A stretch of 64,000 nt of DNA from Patescibacteria group bacterium (GCA_013387215.1 WARW01000001.1:119301-183300), one strand, 5' to 3'; positions 20,170-29,484 are shown, numbered from the stretch's first letter. Notes: generated by a model from the sequence alone, not told the origin. Numbers and translations: made by a program.

Positions 20170-21255
20170 ATGGCAGCCACGTTAAACATATCCAAAGTCA
20201 AGCAAAACTTACTTAATCAGGCGAAGAAGCTTCATTATCTTACCAATGATGAAATTCTAAGTCAAATCCCTGAACCAGAAAAACACATTGAAGAGGTAGA
20301 TGAAGTTTTTGACTATCTTTTCGAAAGAGGGATTGATGTATTCGATAAAGTTGAATCCAAAGAAATAATTGATATTGAAAAAGATAAGATAAGTTCTTCC
20401 GATCTTTTGAGTCTTTTAGTTCAAAAGGGAAATGTTGACTCAGTCAGAATGTACTTAAAAGAAATCGGTAAAATCGATCTTTTAAGTTTCGATGAAGAAG
20501 TTTCTCTCGCAAAAGATATTGAAAAAGGTTCTAAAGCTGCTCGTGAGGCCTTAATTAACGCCAATTTGAGACTTGTTGTTTCCATTGCTAAAAAATATAT
20601 CGGCCGTGGTTTAACTTTCCTCGATCTTGTTCAGGAAGGAAATCAAGGTTTAATGCGCGCTGTTGAAAAATTCGATTGGACCAGAGGTTTCAAATTCTCA
20701 ACTTATGCTACTTGGTGGATCAGACAAGCAATCACTCGTGCTATTGCAGATCAGGCTAAAACCATCCGTATTCCGGTTCACATGGTTGAAACCATCAACA
20801 AAGTCTATAAAGCCACTCGTGCATTAACTCAAAGATTAGGTCACGAACCAACTATTGAACAAATTGCTGATGAAGTCGGTATTTCTATCGATAAGGTTGA
20901 AGAAATCTACAGAATTTCCCAAGATACCACTTCACTTTCCACCCCAGTCGGTGATGATGAAGATTCATTTTTGGGAGATTTTATTGAAGATACCACTCAA
21001 TTATCTCCATACGAAGAAACTTCCAAAGATCTTTTGCGTGAATCCATTGAAGAAGTTTTAAACACTCTTGATGAAAGAGAAACTAAAGTTTTATCTCTTC
21101 GTTTTGGTTTAATGGGTGAAACTCCAAAAACTCTTGAAGAAGTCGGTAAAATTTTCAACGTTACTCGTGAACGTATCAGACAAATCGAAGCCAAAGCTCT
21201 AAGAAAACTTCGCCATCCATCTAGAAGAAAGAAACTTCAAGATTATCTTGAATAA
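20170..21255 (+). CDS. rpoD: RNA polymerase primary sigma factor
   Basis: [51 protein letters not shown]. Confidence 0.97.
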   Translation: MAATLNISKVKQNLLNQAKKLHYLTNDEILSQIPEPEKHIEEVDEVFDYLFERGIDVFDKVESKEIIDIEKDKISSSDLLSLLVQKGNVDSVRMYLKEIGKIDLLSFDEEVSLAKDIEKGSKAAREALINANLRLVVSIAKKYIGRGLTFLDLVQEGNQGLMRAVEKFDWTRGFKFSTYATWWIRQAITRAIADQAKTIRIPVHMVETINKVYKATRALTQRLGHEPTIEQIADEVGISIDKVEEIYRISQDTTSLSTPVGDDEDSFLGDFIEDTTQLSPYEETSKDLLRESIEEVLNTLDERETKVLSLRFGLMGETPKTLEEVGKIFNVTRERIRQIEAKALRKLRHPSRRKKLQDYLE

Positions 21256-21283
21256 TTAAAAACTTTTTCTTTATAATTAAATT

Positions 21284-21363
21284 TGCCCTTCGTTTGTTTT
21301 CTCATCTTTTCGAAGATGCCATTTAATTATTTAGATGGTTAAAGACAAATTAAGGGCATTTTT
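21284..21363 (+). terminator. Branched stem-loop after rpoD (terminator or small RNA)
   Basis: Outer stem TGCCCTT/AAGGGCA and TTTGTTTT/AAAGACAAA enclosing two hairpins, followed by T5. Confidence 0.65.
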
Positions 21364-21523
21364 GATTCAGGAAACTAAATAGGCGAAAAATGATATTTCT
21401 TGTAGCCATTTAAGAAGAAATATCATATTACATGATAAAATAGCATTTACCTTAACGTAAAAAAATACGATGGACTTTAGGCCAGAAGTATTTTATAATC
21501 AAAAACAGTCTACAGATAAACAT

Positions 21524-21599
21524 TCCCCTGTAGCTCAGTCGGTAGAGCGTCCGCCTGTTAAGCGGCAGGTCCTTGGTTCGAGTCCAAGCGGGGGAGCCA
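21524..21599 (+). tRNA. tRNA-Asn (GUU) with encoded CCA; island integration site
   Basis: TCCCCTG/CGGGGGA-G-CCA; loop CT GTT AA; T-loop TTCGAGT. Confidence 0.96.
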
Positions 21600-23177
21600 T
21601 ACTGGATTTGCAGGTCGCAAATCATCATTTTTCTCCATAATATCCGTATACTTTTGAGGTTCTAGCCAACCTTTATATTTTTCACTCCAATTTTGTTTAT
21701 CAGCCAATATTCCATATTCAGGTTTTAGCTTAACATCCACTAATTTATCAGTATTGAAGATGAGGTTCGCGCCAATAGTCATAAGAATCATTTGTTTATC
21801 AGCTCTAGAACCACTATTAAATTTGTATTGGCAAACTCTGGCAAATTCAATAGTATTTTCAACCTTGGTTCTCCAATCATCTAAGTCGTCAGTTGTACTA
21901 TCTAATTTGACCTTAATTTCATTTTTTTTAGCTTCAAGAATTTGTTTTTTCTCTTTGTAAGTTAGGTCATCAATAGTTTCATCCAGTTTCATGTCTAAAA
22001 GCTTATTCAATCGTCTTTCTATATTAGATAATTCTGTTTGTTGAGATTTAAGTTTTTCTTCTTTAAAACCAGATTCATCTTTATGAATGACAGAAAGCCA
22101 TTTGTTTGACCAATTAATGAAATCTTGGTCAGGAGTAAGTTTTATTAACAATGTGTCTAACTGTTTTAAAACATCTGCTTCGGTCAATGGTTTTGAATCA
22201 CACTTAATCTTTTTATTTTTCTTAGTGCAGTGGTAATAAGTGTAAGTAACAATTCGCCCAGTTCCTAAATAATGTTTAGTTTTTTGAGAAGCTGTTATTG
22301 CAGAACCGCATTTTTGACAACGAAATAACCCTGTTAAGTCAAAAGTATGGGTATGAGCAACTGGTTTACCAAATTTACCCAAAGCTTTCTGAACAATATC
22401 AAACTGTTCTCTGGTAATCATTGGTTCATGATGCCCATTAAACCAATTACCTGAACCTTGTGGATACTCAAATTCACCATAATAAAAAGGTTTATTAAGA
22501 ATATTGTAAAAAGTTGACCTTGAAAAAATTTGACCATGTTGGTTAGTTAATTTCCAAATCTCCGAAGCTTCTTTATAAACTTCAATTGCTTGTTTTCCTT
22601 TAATAACTTCCAAAAATAGTCTTTTAACCAAATCAAACCTTTCTTCGTCCTTAACAATTACTTTAAATCCTTTCTTTCTGTCTGGAGTATTCTTGTAACC
22701 CAACGGGGAAGATGATGGCATCCAGCCCATACCAGCTTTTGTACCCATTCCTCTTTTTGCATTTATTCCACGATTATCATTTTCTAATTTTGCCTGTCCA
22801 CATAAAATATTAAATAAAAATTTATCATTTGGATTGTTTCTAAAAACTTGGGTAGGAGTAATTATTTCGTCTAAAACATTTCTATCCATCATATAAATTA
22901 TTTGACCAGAATCTACTGAATTTCTGGATAGTCTGTCTGGATTCCATACAAGTATTTTTTTAACTTGTTGAGATTCCATATCTTTTAGTAATTGATTAAA
23001 AATTGGTCTTCCTGGCTTTTTGGCAGATTGTGATTCTTCATAATATGGAGTAACTAATTCAAGACCATCTCTTTTAGCTAATTTTTCTAAAGCTTCAATT
23101 TGAGAAGGGATAGAAAGAGCTTGTCTTTCTTCATCTTCTTGTGATTTTCTACAGTAAACAAAAACTTGGTTTTTCAT
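21558..23177 (-). CDS. Large serine recombinase (integrase 1); 3' end overlaps tRNA-Asn antisense
   Basis: YCRKS, ESQSAKKPGRP, DRLSRN, recombinase domain, Zn ribbon CQKC...YYHC..C, coiled coil; likely start MKNQ at 23177. Confidence 0.93.
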   Translation of the reverse strand: MKNQVFVYCRKSQEDEERQALSIPSQIEALEKLAKRDGLELVTPYYEESQSAKKPGRPIFNQLLKDMESQQVKKILVWNPDRLSRNSVDSGQIIYMMDRNVLDEIITPTQVFRNNPNDKFLFNILCGQAKLENDNRGINAKRGMGTKAGMGWMPSSSPLGYKNTPDRKKGFKVIVKDEERFDLVKRLFLEVIKGKQAIEVYKEASEIWKLTNQHGQIFSRSTFYNILNKPFYYGEFEYPQGSGNWFNGHHEPMITREQFDIVQKALGKFGKPVAHTHTFDLTGLFRCQKCGSAITASQKTKHYLGTGRIVTYTYYHCTKKNKKIKCDSKPLTEADVLKQLDTLLIKLTPDQDFINWSNKWLSVIHKDESGFKEEKLKSQQTELSNIERRLNKLLDMKLDETIDDLTYKEKKQILEAKKNEIKVKLDSTTDDLDDWRTKVENTIEFARVCQYKFNSGSRADKQMILMTIGANLIFNTDKLVDVKLKPEYGILADKQNWSEKYKGWLEPQKYTDIMEKNDDLRPANPVWLPRLDSNQGPAA

Positions 23178-23196
23178 AAAATAAATTAAAAAATAA

Positions 23197-23280
23197 AAAT
23201 ACCCTCGCTGGTGCAACCAGAACTTATACAGCTCTGTCCAACGAGGGTATTTCTAAGTTGTATAAATTGTTCTGGTTGCA
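23197..23280 (-). ncRNA. Interleaved double inverted repeat (pseudoknot/switch) in the integrase 5' UTR
   Basis: 23197-23211 pairs with 23238-23252; 23212-23233 pairs with 23256-23280; minus-strand TATAAT at 23286-23291. Confidence 0.7.
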
Positions 23281-23459
23281 TAATAATTATACTATTTTTG
23301 AATCATAAATTCACTATTTTTCTCCTAATAAACCAATAATATTAAATAGTTATTAAAGTAATAGTTACATTAATAAAATTAACCTTATAAGTAATAAATT
23401 ATTATTAATTTATTAAAGTAAAAGTTACTCTATAGTTAGAGTTACTATATACATAGTTA

Positions 23460-23798
23460 CTAGAAGGGTATTTCCTCTGGAATAATAATGTCTTCTATTG
23501 GTTCTTCGTTTAATTGCTTATTTTTGTAAGCTTCGTATATTTCTTTTTCCATTTTTCCCCAAGATGTTTCGTCTTCAACATAAACAATAGTTGGATATTT
23601 TCCATAAGCATTTCTTTGACTTGTTGGCTTAATGTTTATTTTTTCGTTTAATCTGCTATTCAAAATATCACTTTCCCAAATTTGAAAACCTTTTATTGTT
23701 ATCCATCCAAAACCTTCAGTTAGAAGGGTAATGTTGGCATTTGCTAATAATTTCCCCCTGTTTTGTATTTTTATATTTATTTTTATATTTTTGTCCAT
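23460..23798 (-). CDS. SpoVG-like / SSB-tail protein
   Basis: 'ANANITL...ITIKGFQI...KPTSQR..GKY..IV' SpoVG-like pattern; acidic EEIPF tail. Confidence 0.55.
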   Translation of the reverse strand: MDKNIKINIKIQNRGKLLANANITLLTEGFGWITIKGFQIWESDILNSRLNEKINIKPTSQRNAYGKYPTIVYVEDETSWGKMEKEIYEAYKNKQLNEEPIEDIIIPEEIPF

Positions 23799-23818
23799 AA
23801 ATCATTAAATAATTAACC

Positions 23819-24043
23819 TCAAATATCAAGAAAAATTTTCAATGCATAAATCAATTCAGGTTTTGTTTTATACTCTCCGCAATTGACCAACCCTTTTTCG
23901 TAAGTAACACGAACTTTATAAAGGCAATTTTGAAAATTATTAGCTTCAATGAATTTATTAATTCTTCTTATTTTTCTACTGGCAATACTTTTCACCACTT
24001 TTGAATTAGAAATTATTTTTATAGAAATATTAGGCTTGTTCAT
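23819..24043 (-). CDS. Small hypothetical protein
   Basis: ORF within a co-oriented cluster of small genes. Confidence 0.6.
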   Translation of the reverse strand: MNKPNISIKIISNSKVVKSIASRKIRRINKFIEANNFQNCLYKVRVTYEKGLVNCGEYKTKPELIYALKIFLDI

Positions 24044-24191
24044 TTTTAGATGGGGTTTTACTAGTAATTAAGTACCTTAAATTTAAGAATGCTTCGGCTT
24101 TTATTTTTGCTTCGTTAAATTCCAACAGCACACCACACTTGTCTTTATAGATTTTTTGAAATTCAATTACTGCTTCTTCTGGCAAGTTCAT
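24030..24191 (-). CDS. 53-aa small protein (not in ORF track)
   Basis: MNLPEEAVIEFQKIYKDKCGVLLEFNEAKIKAEAFLNLRYLITSKTPSKNEQA*, overlapping both neighbours. Confidence 0.65.
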   Translation of the reverse strand: MNLPEEAVIEFQKIYKDKCGVLLEFNEAKIKAEAFLNLRYLITSKTPSKNEQA

Positions 24192-24421
24192 AACATTTCA
24201 TGAATCCTTGCTTTTAGAGTTTTTGTTTGTGCAAAAAACTCAGAAGCATCAACTTGTAAATTTTTGTTCCAAAAGTTTGAAATCAATTCTCGTAGTTGGG
24301 GAGTATCATCAAAGCAAAATAAGCAGTTATTGTTAGTAGGGTCTTTTTCTATAGAAGTTATTGGTAGAAAAAGGGAGAGAGCTGATGCTAGAGATAATGA
24401 ATTTGTCTTGTATTTTTTCAT
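24188..24421 (-). CDS. DUF5659-like small protein
   Basis: 'T.SL.LASAL...FCFD...I..FW...LQVDA..FF...K.LKARI' pattern. Confidence 0.6.
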   Translation of the reverse strand: MKKYKTNSLSLASALSLFLPITSIEKDPTNNNCLFCFDDTPQLRELISNFWNKNLQVDASEFFAQTKTLKARIHEML

Positions 24422-24473
24422 TTAATGTAGAGTGTTTTAATTTCTCTACACTAATTCTCCCAAAGGGTACGGG

Positions 24474-25298
24474 TTATTTGGTTACAATTTTTCGGGTGGA
24501 TTTTTGTCGCTTTTTGCAAAATAAAACATTTATATCCCTGTCGTAGCTTTGTTTTAGTGTTGAACCTGGAGGAACATATCTAAATTTTCCACTAATTGTC
24601 ATTTTCGCTTCCATTGTGTCAAAAGTTATTTTATCTTTACTATCCTTCATTTTATGTATTTCCAATTCTTCTTCTGTTAAGGGTTTTTTGATGTGTTTGG
24701 GTAAGTTTTTCAATAGTCTGTTTAGTCTATTGCGTTTTTTCTTAATAAATTCAATTATTGCTTCAGGACTAACTTTTGAAGTTATCTTAATAAATACTGC
24801 TTTTTCATCGTTTTGATTTTCATCTCTATCTTTGTCACTTTCGTTGAATATTGTTTGGATTGAAATTCCGCCAAAATCACTATTATCTGATGACGATGGT
24901 ATTACAACATTTGCCAATAAAATTGATTTTATTTGTTTCTCTACAAAATGGTCACAATTGTATTTTTCTAGTATTTTATTAATTTCATTATCAACTTTTT
25001 TATTAAAATCTTTATTTATTTGTGCCAAATCAGGATTATCAAATGTATTGGTATTAAATGGGTAATAATATGATTTGAAATCATCATAATCTAAACCATC
25101 AATAGGTATTCCGATATTTTCTCTAGCTTTTAGTATTTCTTTTTTAAATACTGGATTAATCTCTAGTCTTTTTACCTTTTCACAATCTTCAGCCGAAAAA
25201 TTAGCTAAACCAGGATATTCATTCCTAATTTTTTCTAAATCGTTTAAGTTTTGTGTTGGATTAAAAAGCAATCCTCCTACAGCAAACCATATTTTCAT
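24474..25298 (-). CDS. Hypothetical protein
   Basis: Long ORF, no recognised motif. Confidence 0.65.
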   Translation of the reverse strand: MKIWFAVGGLLFNPTQNLNDLEKIRNEYPGLANFSAEDCEKVKRLEINPVFKKEILKARENIGIPIDGLDYDDFKSYYYPFNTNTFDNPDLAQINKDFNKKVDNEINKILEKYNCDHFVEKQIKSILLANVVIPSSSDNSDFGGISIQTIFNESDKDRDENQNDEKAVFIKITSKVSPEAIIEFIKKKRNRLNRLLKNLPKHIKKPLTEEELEIHKMKDSKDKITFDTMEAKMTISGKFRYVPPGSTLKQSYDRDINVLFCKKRQKSTRKIVTK

Positions 25299-25360
25299 CT
25301 GTATTTTATATTTATCTAGATAACACACTTATTATCTCTTATTTAAGCCAAAATATACAC

Positions 25361-25552
25361 TCACAGCTTATTATGTCTAGCCTTATACTGTCTTAATCTT
25401 CTGAATATAAAATATGAAGCAATCAAAAACACTGGATACGCAAACAAATCAAAAGCCATTAATTTTTCAAAAACAACCATTATCATTAATCCGACAAAAG
25501 CCAATAATAAAGAAAATACAATATCTTTAATCAGATTAAAAACTTTTTTCAT
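25361..25552 (-). CDS. Small 2-TM protein
   Basis: Two hydrophobic helices and a basic tail. Confidence 0.55.
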   Translation of the reverse strand: MKKVFNLIKDIVFSLLLAFVGLMIMVVFEKLMAFDLFAYPVFLIASYFIFRRLRQYKARHNKL

Positions 25553-25582
25553 AATATTTTTTGATTTATTTATAAAGTTCGT

Positions 25583-26044
25583 CTATTTATTTAGGAAAAT
25601 TAAAATAGCCGAGATTATTAAAACTAATATACAAATGGCTACAACATTCTTTTGCGCGGTTGACCATGAATTAATTTCAGCAGATTCTTTCGGATACAGA
25701 CTTGCCAAAACTTCAGGATGTTTGAAAAATAATGGAATTATTCCAATTAGAAAATATAGTGAATAATTAAAAATAGGCAATGAATCAGAAATGTACTTTA
25801 GTATCTGTAAAGCCGACCCAACTAAAAAAATACCAACCGACATAAATCCTGATAAATATGCTAGTTTTTTACTCCAGTCACCTGATTTAAATTTTTCATC
25901 TTTAAGTATGGAGTAAAAAGTAAAAGGAAATAATATAGCAAGCACTACAATAACTATTGGAGCGATAGTGTTCAATAGTTTGCACATTGATAAATCTGGA
26001 TTTGAATTACAAGCCTGATTAATTTGACGGCTTAATATGCTCAT
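25583..26044 (-). CDS. 4-TM membrane protein
   Basis: Four hydrophobic segments. Confidence 0.65.
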   Translation of the reverse strand: MSILSRQINQACNSNPDLSMCKLLNTIAPIVIVVLAILFPFTFYSILKDEKFKSGDWSKKLAYLSGFMSVGIFLVGSALQILKYISDSLPIFNYSLYFLIGIIPLFFKHPEVLASLYPKESAEINSWSTAQKNVVAICILVLIISAILIFLNK

Positions 26045-26073
26045 ATTTATGTTTATGTAACCATTTTTACTAT

Positions 26074-26130
26074 TAACTGGTGGTTAATGAAATATACCAT
26101 TATTCTGGTTCAAATCATAACCAGTGGTTA
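26074..26130. promoter_or_regulatory. Two palindromic operator-like sites
   Basis: TAACCAGTGGTTA (26118-26130, perfect dyad) and TAACTGGTGGTTA (26074-26086) upstream of the XRE gene. Confidence 0.55.
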
Positions 26131-26166
26131 ATAAACTTATATTGGATAGATTGGTAACTTTGTTTG

Positions 26167-26385
26167 ATGGAAGACAGAAAAATTACCAAGAAAGATTTAC
26201 TTTTCGGAAAGAGGCTTCAGCGAGCAAGGAAAAGCGCTGGGTTTACACAGGAGAAATTGGCTGACAAAATTAGAATGAGCACTACATTTATTGGCTTAGT
26301 TGAGACGGGAAAAAGAAGACCAAGTATGAAGACATTACAAAAAATTGCTTCTGCTTTGAATGTAAACATTAGAGAACTGTTTTGA
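26167..26385 (+). CDS. XRE/HTH_3 transcriptional regulator
   Basis: TQEKLA...FIGLVETGKRRPSMKTLQKIASALNV. Confidence 0.92.
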   Translation: MEDRKITKKDLLFGKRLQRARKSAGFTQEKLADKIRMSTTFIGLVETGKRRPSMKTLQKIASALNVNIRELF

Positions 26386-26469
26386 GTAAATAGTAGACAA
26401 GTTTGATTGGTATTCATATTAACAATTTATTATCCACAGGTTTATAATGTGGTAAGGATAAATACAAAT

Positions 26470-26766
26470 ATGAAGTACATTTGCGTTATTTCTGCTTTAT
26501 TACTTCTAATAGCTATTCCAAATTGGCTACCATATGATTTTTATGTTCTGTTAAGGTGGATTATTTTTATCTCTTCAATTTACACTTCATACTTTTTTTA
26601 TAAGTCAAAGCAAAAAGGTTGGATTTTCGTTTTTATTGCCATAGCATTTTTATTCAACCCCATAATTCCTGTTTATCTAAATAAGTCCGACTGGATTCCA
26701 ATTGACCTAATTAGTCTAGTTTTATTCTCAATCGCAGCATTTTCAAATAAAAATGAAATTAAATAA
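26470..26766 (+). CDS. DUF6804-like membrane protein
   Basis: LPYDFYVLLRW...LFNPIIPVYLNKSDWIPID. Confidence 0.7.
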   Translation: MKYICVISALLLLIAIPNWLPYDFYVLLRWIIFISSIYTSYFFYKSKQKGWIFVFIAIAFLFNPIIPVYLNKSDWIPIDLISLVLFSIAAFSNKNEIK

Positions 26767-27472
26767 ATTTTATCCAACAGTAATTAATTTCGGCGCAAAT
26801 ACAATTTATATTTTTTCATTCTTAATTCTTATACTTAATTTTTTTTCAGGAATTGTAGGAGGATTATGGTTGTTATTTTCTGGCGGTTGGGGATTAATTG
26901 TATCTGGCATTGTAATGTCAATTTTTATGCCATATGGATGGTCTATTGCATTTTTACTTCAATTAATACTTGCTCCATTTTTAACAAAAGCAGCTGAAAA
27001 GGGCAGTAAATTTTGGGTGGCGATATTAGGTTTTATAGCTAATTTTTATGGTAATTTTTTAATTATTTTATGGACATATTTTGCGTTTAATTTTTTTATG
27101 GATTACCGAACAGAATATGCTCTTCTCCCATTGCTCTTGCTGGGTTATTCGGTCGCATTAGGTCCTCTTCAGTACATGGCAAAGAAAGAAGGTCCTGATA
27201 GTAGTGGTTCATTTTTAGGTGTTTTTCTTGCCCAACTGGGGTACATAGTTTTATCAATAGTCACATTAGCTGGTGGTGTTCCTAATTTTACTATACTTGT
27301 TTTAATTGCCCTTAGTTTTTCATTAATAATTGCAATAATAACTGCGACATCAATAAAACCATCTGTTTCAATGGTGGTAGAGGAGTCGTATTTAGTTGAT
27401 AATTGCCCTAATTGTGGCTTTAGTAAAAATGAGGGAGATTCTTTTTGTACTAATTGTGGTTATAAATTATAA
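26753..27472 (+). CDS. Polytopic membrane protein with C-terminal zinc ribbon
   Basis: About 6 TM segments + CPNCG...FCTNCG. Confidence 0.8.
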   Translation: MKLNKFYPTVINFGANTIYIFSFLILILNFFSGIVGGLWLLFSGGWGLIVSGIVMSIFMPYGWSIAFLLQLILAPFLTKAAEKGSKFWVAILGFIANFYGNFLIILWTYFAFNFFMDYRTEYALLPLLLLGYSVALGPLQYMAKKEGPDSSGSFLGVFLAQLGYIVLSIVTLAGGVPNFTILVLIALSFSLIIAIITATSIKPSVSMVVEESYLVDNCPNCGFSKNEGDSFCTNCGYKL

Positions 27473-27478
27473 AAAAAT

Positions 27479-27985
27479 ATGAAATGCAATAAATGTAAAA
27501 AAAATAATCCAGAGGGTAGTAAATTCTGCTCATCCTGTGGTGCAAATTTGTCCGAAAAAACATCATTTGAACATCAAGAATTGATGGATAAAATTATAGA
27601 CCATCTGGAATTTATTGGATATGAAATTGATAAACCTATTGAATTAGAAGACGGAAAACATATGCAGGTTATTGCTATCAATAAAAACAGGTCAAACCTA
27701 ATAATCACCTTTAATGCCAGTGGTTTGGTTACATTTGTGTCTAATTATTCTATCAACCAGGATAAAGTAACCAAAAAGTGGCTAGATGCGTTAGAGTGTG
27801 TAAATAAGATGAACCTCGTCGCTTCAGTGTGTACTTATTGTTTTAATGAAAGTAAAGATGCGCTAGTCTGTTGTTCCTGGTATCCAAGTGAATATTCCAA
27901 GAAGACATTTTCTTTCTTTTTAGACATCTATGAGGCAGATATTAAAGCTAGATTTAATTCTAGTGGAATTATGGATTTTGCTTAA
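27479..27985 (+). CDS. Zinc-ribbon protein with YbjN-like domain
   Basis: CNKC...FCSSCG; 'ALECVNKMN' resembles the YbjN/T3SS-chaperone-like fold. Confidence 0.65.
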   Translation: MKCNKCKKNNPEGSKFCSSCGANLSEKTSFEHQELMDKIIDHLEFIGYEIDKPIELEDGKHMQVIAINKNRSNLIITFNASGLVTFVSNYSINQDKVTKKWLDALECVNKMNLVASVCTYCFNESKDALVCCSWYPSEYSKKTFSFFLDIYEADIKARFNSSGIMDFA

Positions 27986-27988
27986 AAT

Positions 27989-28750
27989 ATGTCTGAAAAT
28001 AAAGTTGAAACATGGATGTTTAAGGAAAAGGGAGAAGACTTAAATTTATTTTTTTCTATAGTTTTAACTATTATTTTGGGTATATTTTTTGCAAATGTAA
28101 ATTTCTGGCTTACGATTGGTCTTGCATTTATCGGAATTATTTATATAAAACTTCAACAAGCTCAATTAATTGGTAGTGCGTTAGAAATTTCAGAAAACCA
28201 GTTTTCAGAAATTTACCAAATTTTCAGTGAGTATAAAAATAGACTTGGTATCAAACACGCTAGATTATTTATTGTTCAAGACCCGAATCCAAATGGTTTT
28301 ACTATTGGCTTTCCTAAGGCATCAATTGTTTTGACATCATCGCTGGTTGAAGGTTTGAATTTAGATGAATTAAGTTTTGTGATTGGTCATGAGCTAGGAC
28401 ATATTAAAGCCAGGCACAATTTTATACTTACATTCATCAGCCCTTTTGGCTCAAATATTCCCGCTGCAACATACTTATTTTCTTTTTGGCAGAGAAAAGC
28501 AGAATACACTTGTGACAAATGCAGCTTAATACTGAATAAAAAAATTGAACCAGCCATTGATACATTAATGAAAATCAGTATTGGAATGAAATTAATAAAA
28601 AAAGTGAATCTTGATGCATACAAAGAGCAGTTGGTTGGTTCAGAGAGTGGTATAACCAAAACGAGTGAATTGTTGTTTGACCATCCATTAACAACAAACA
28701 GAATTAAAAAAATGGTGGCATTTTGGAGAAATAATTTTATAATTAAATAA
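27989..28750 (+). CDS. M48 (HtpX/Ste24) zinc metalloprotease
   Basis: PNGFTIG, HELGH, AEYTCD, HPLTTNRI. Confidence 0.92.
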   Translation: MSENKVETWMFKEKGEDLNLFFSIVLTIILGIFFANVNFWLTIGLAFIGIIYIKLQQAQLIGSALEISENQFSEIYQIFSEYKNRLGIKHARLFIVQDPNPNGFTIGFPKASIVLTSSLVEGLNLDELSFVIGHELGHIKARHNFILTFISPFGSNIPAATYLFSFWQRKAEYTCDKCSLILNKKIEPAIDTLMKISIGMKLIKKVNLDAYKEQLVGSESGITKTSELLFDHPLTTNRIKKMVAFWRNNFIIK

Positions 28751-28752
28751 AT

Positions 28753-29484
28753 ATGTTGTGCAAAAAATGTGGACAAAACAACGAAAATGATGGTAAGTTT
28801 TGTATTAAGTGTGGATTTGTATTAAAACCGAGTGGAAAAAAGAGAGTTGAAGATGTTCTCTTCATTCCACAAAAAGAATCTAAAAAACATAAAACGAATT
28901 GGTTTCTGATTATTTTTTCAGTCTTTGTCATAGGAATAGTTTTTATTGCCTTAGTTGCTGCAAGTGGAAACAATTCAACAACTAACAGTAATTCATCAAT
29001 TAATTCAGAAACAAAAAATGGTGAATGGCAACCATTTTCTTCTGCTGAACATGGATTTAGTATTGATTTTCCAGGGTATCCATCAACCGAAAGGGAGCCA
29101 AAGACTACATTGGAGAATGGTTATAGTTATTCTTCCACACAGTATTCATCTCAAGACAAAGATGGAGTTGATTATCTGGCATTAAGTGGAGATTATGATA
29201 TACCTCCAGAAGATTACGATAATATTACTGGACTAGAAGGAATGATTAATTATATGAATAAGCCAGGAGAGATAATAATAAGTGATACAAAACTGACAAC
29301 AATTAAGGGTTACGATGCGATTACTTTTTCCTTTAATAGTATTAAAGAAAAATACATCGGTAAAGGTATAGGGATAATTCGTGACGATTTACAATACATA
29401 AAATCATTTATTTTTATGGTTGGGTCACCAACGGGTAATATTCCAAATTACCAAAAGTTTATTAATTCATTGGAGTTTAAATAA
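28753..29484 (+). CDS. Zinc-ribbon + TM + PsbP-like domain protein
   Basis: CKKCG..FCIKCG, TM, 'GFSIDFP'...'KFINSLEF'. Confidence 0.7.
   Translation: MLCKKCGQNNENDGKFCIKCGFVLKPSGKKRVEDVLFIPQKESKKHKTNWFLIIFSVFVIGIVFIALVAASGNNSTTNSNSSINSETKNGEWQPFSSAEHGFSIDFPGYPSTEREPKTTLENGYSYSSTQYSSQDKDGVDYLALSGDYDIPPEDYDNITGLEGMINYMNKPGEIIISDTKLTTIKGYDAITFSFNSIKEKYIGKGIGIIRDDLQYIKSFIFMVGSPTGNIPNYQKFINSLEFK

Noticed and set aside
23178-23216. TTG-initiated N-terminal extension of integrase 1 in the ORF track
   Set aside because: Lies within the structured leader; the ATG at 23177 fits the resolvase domain start
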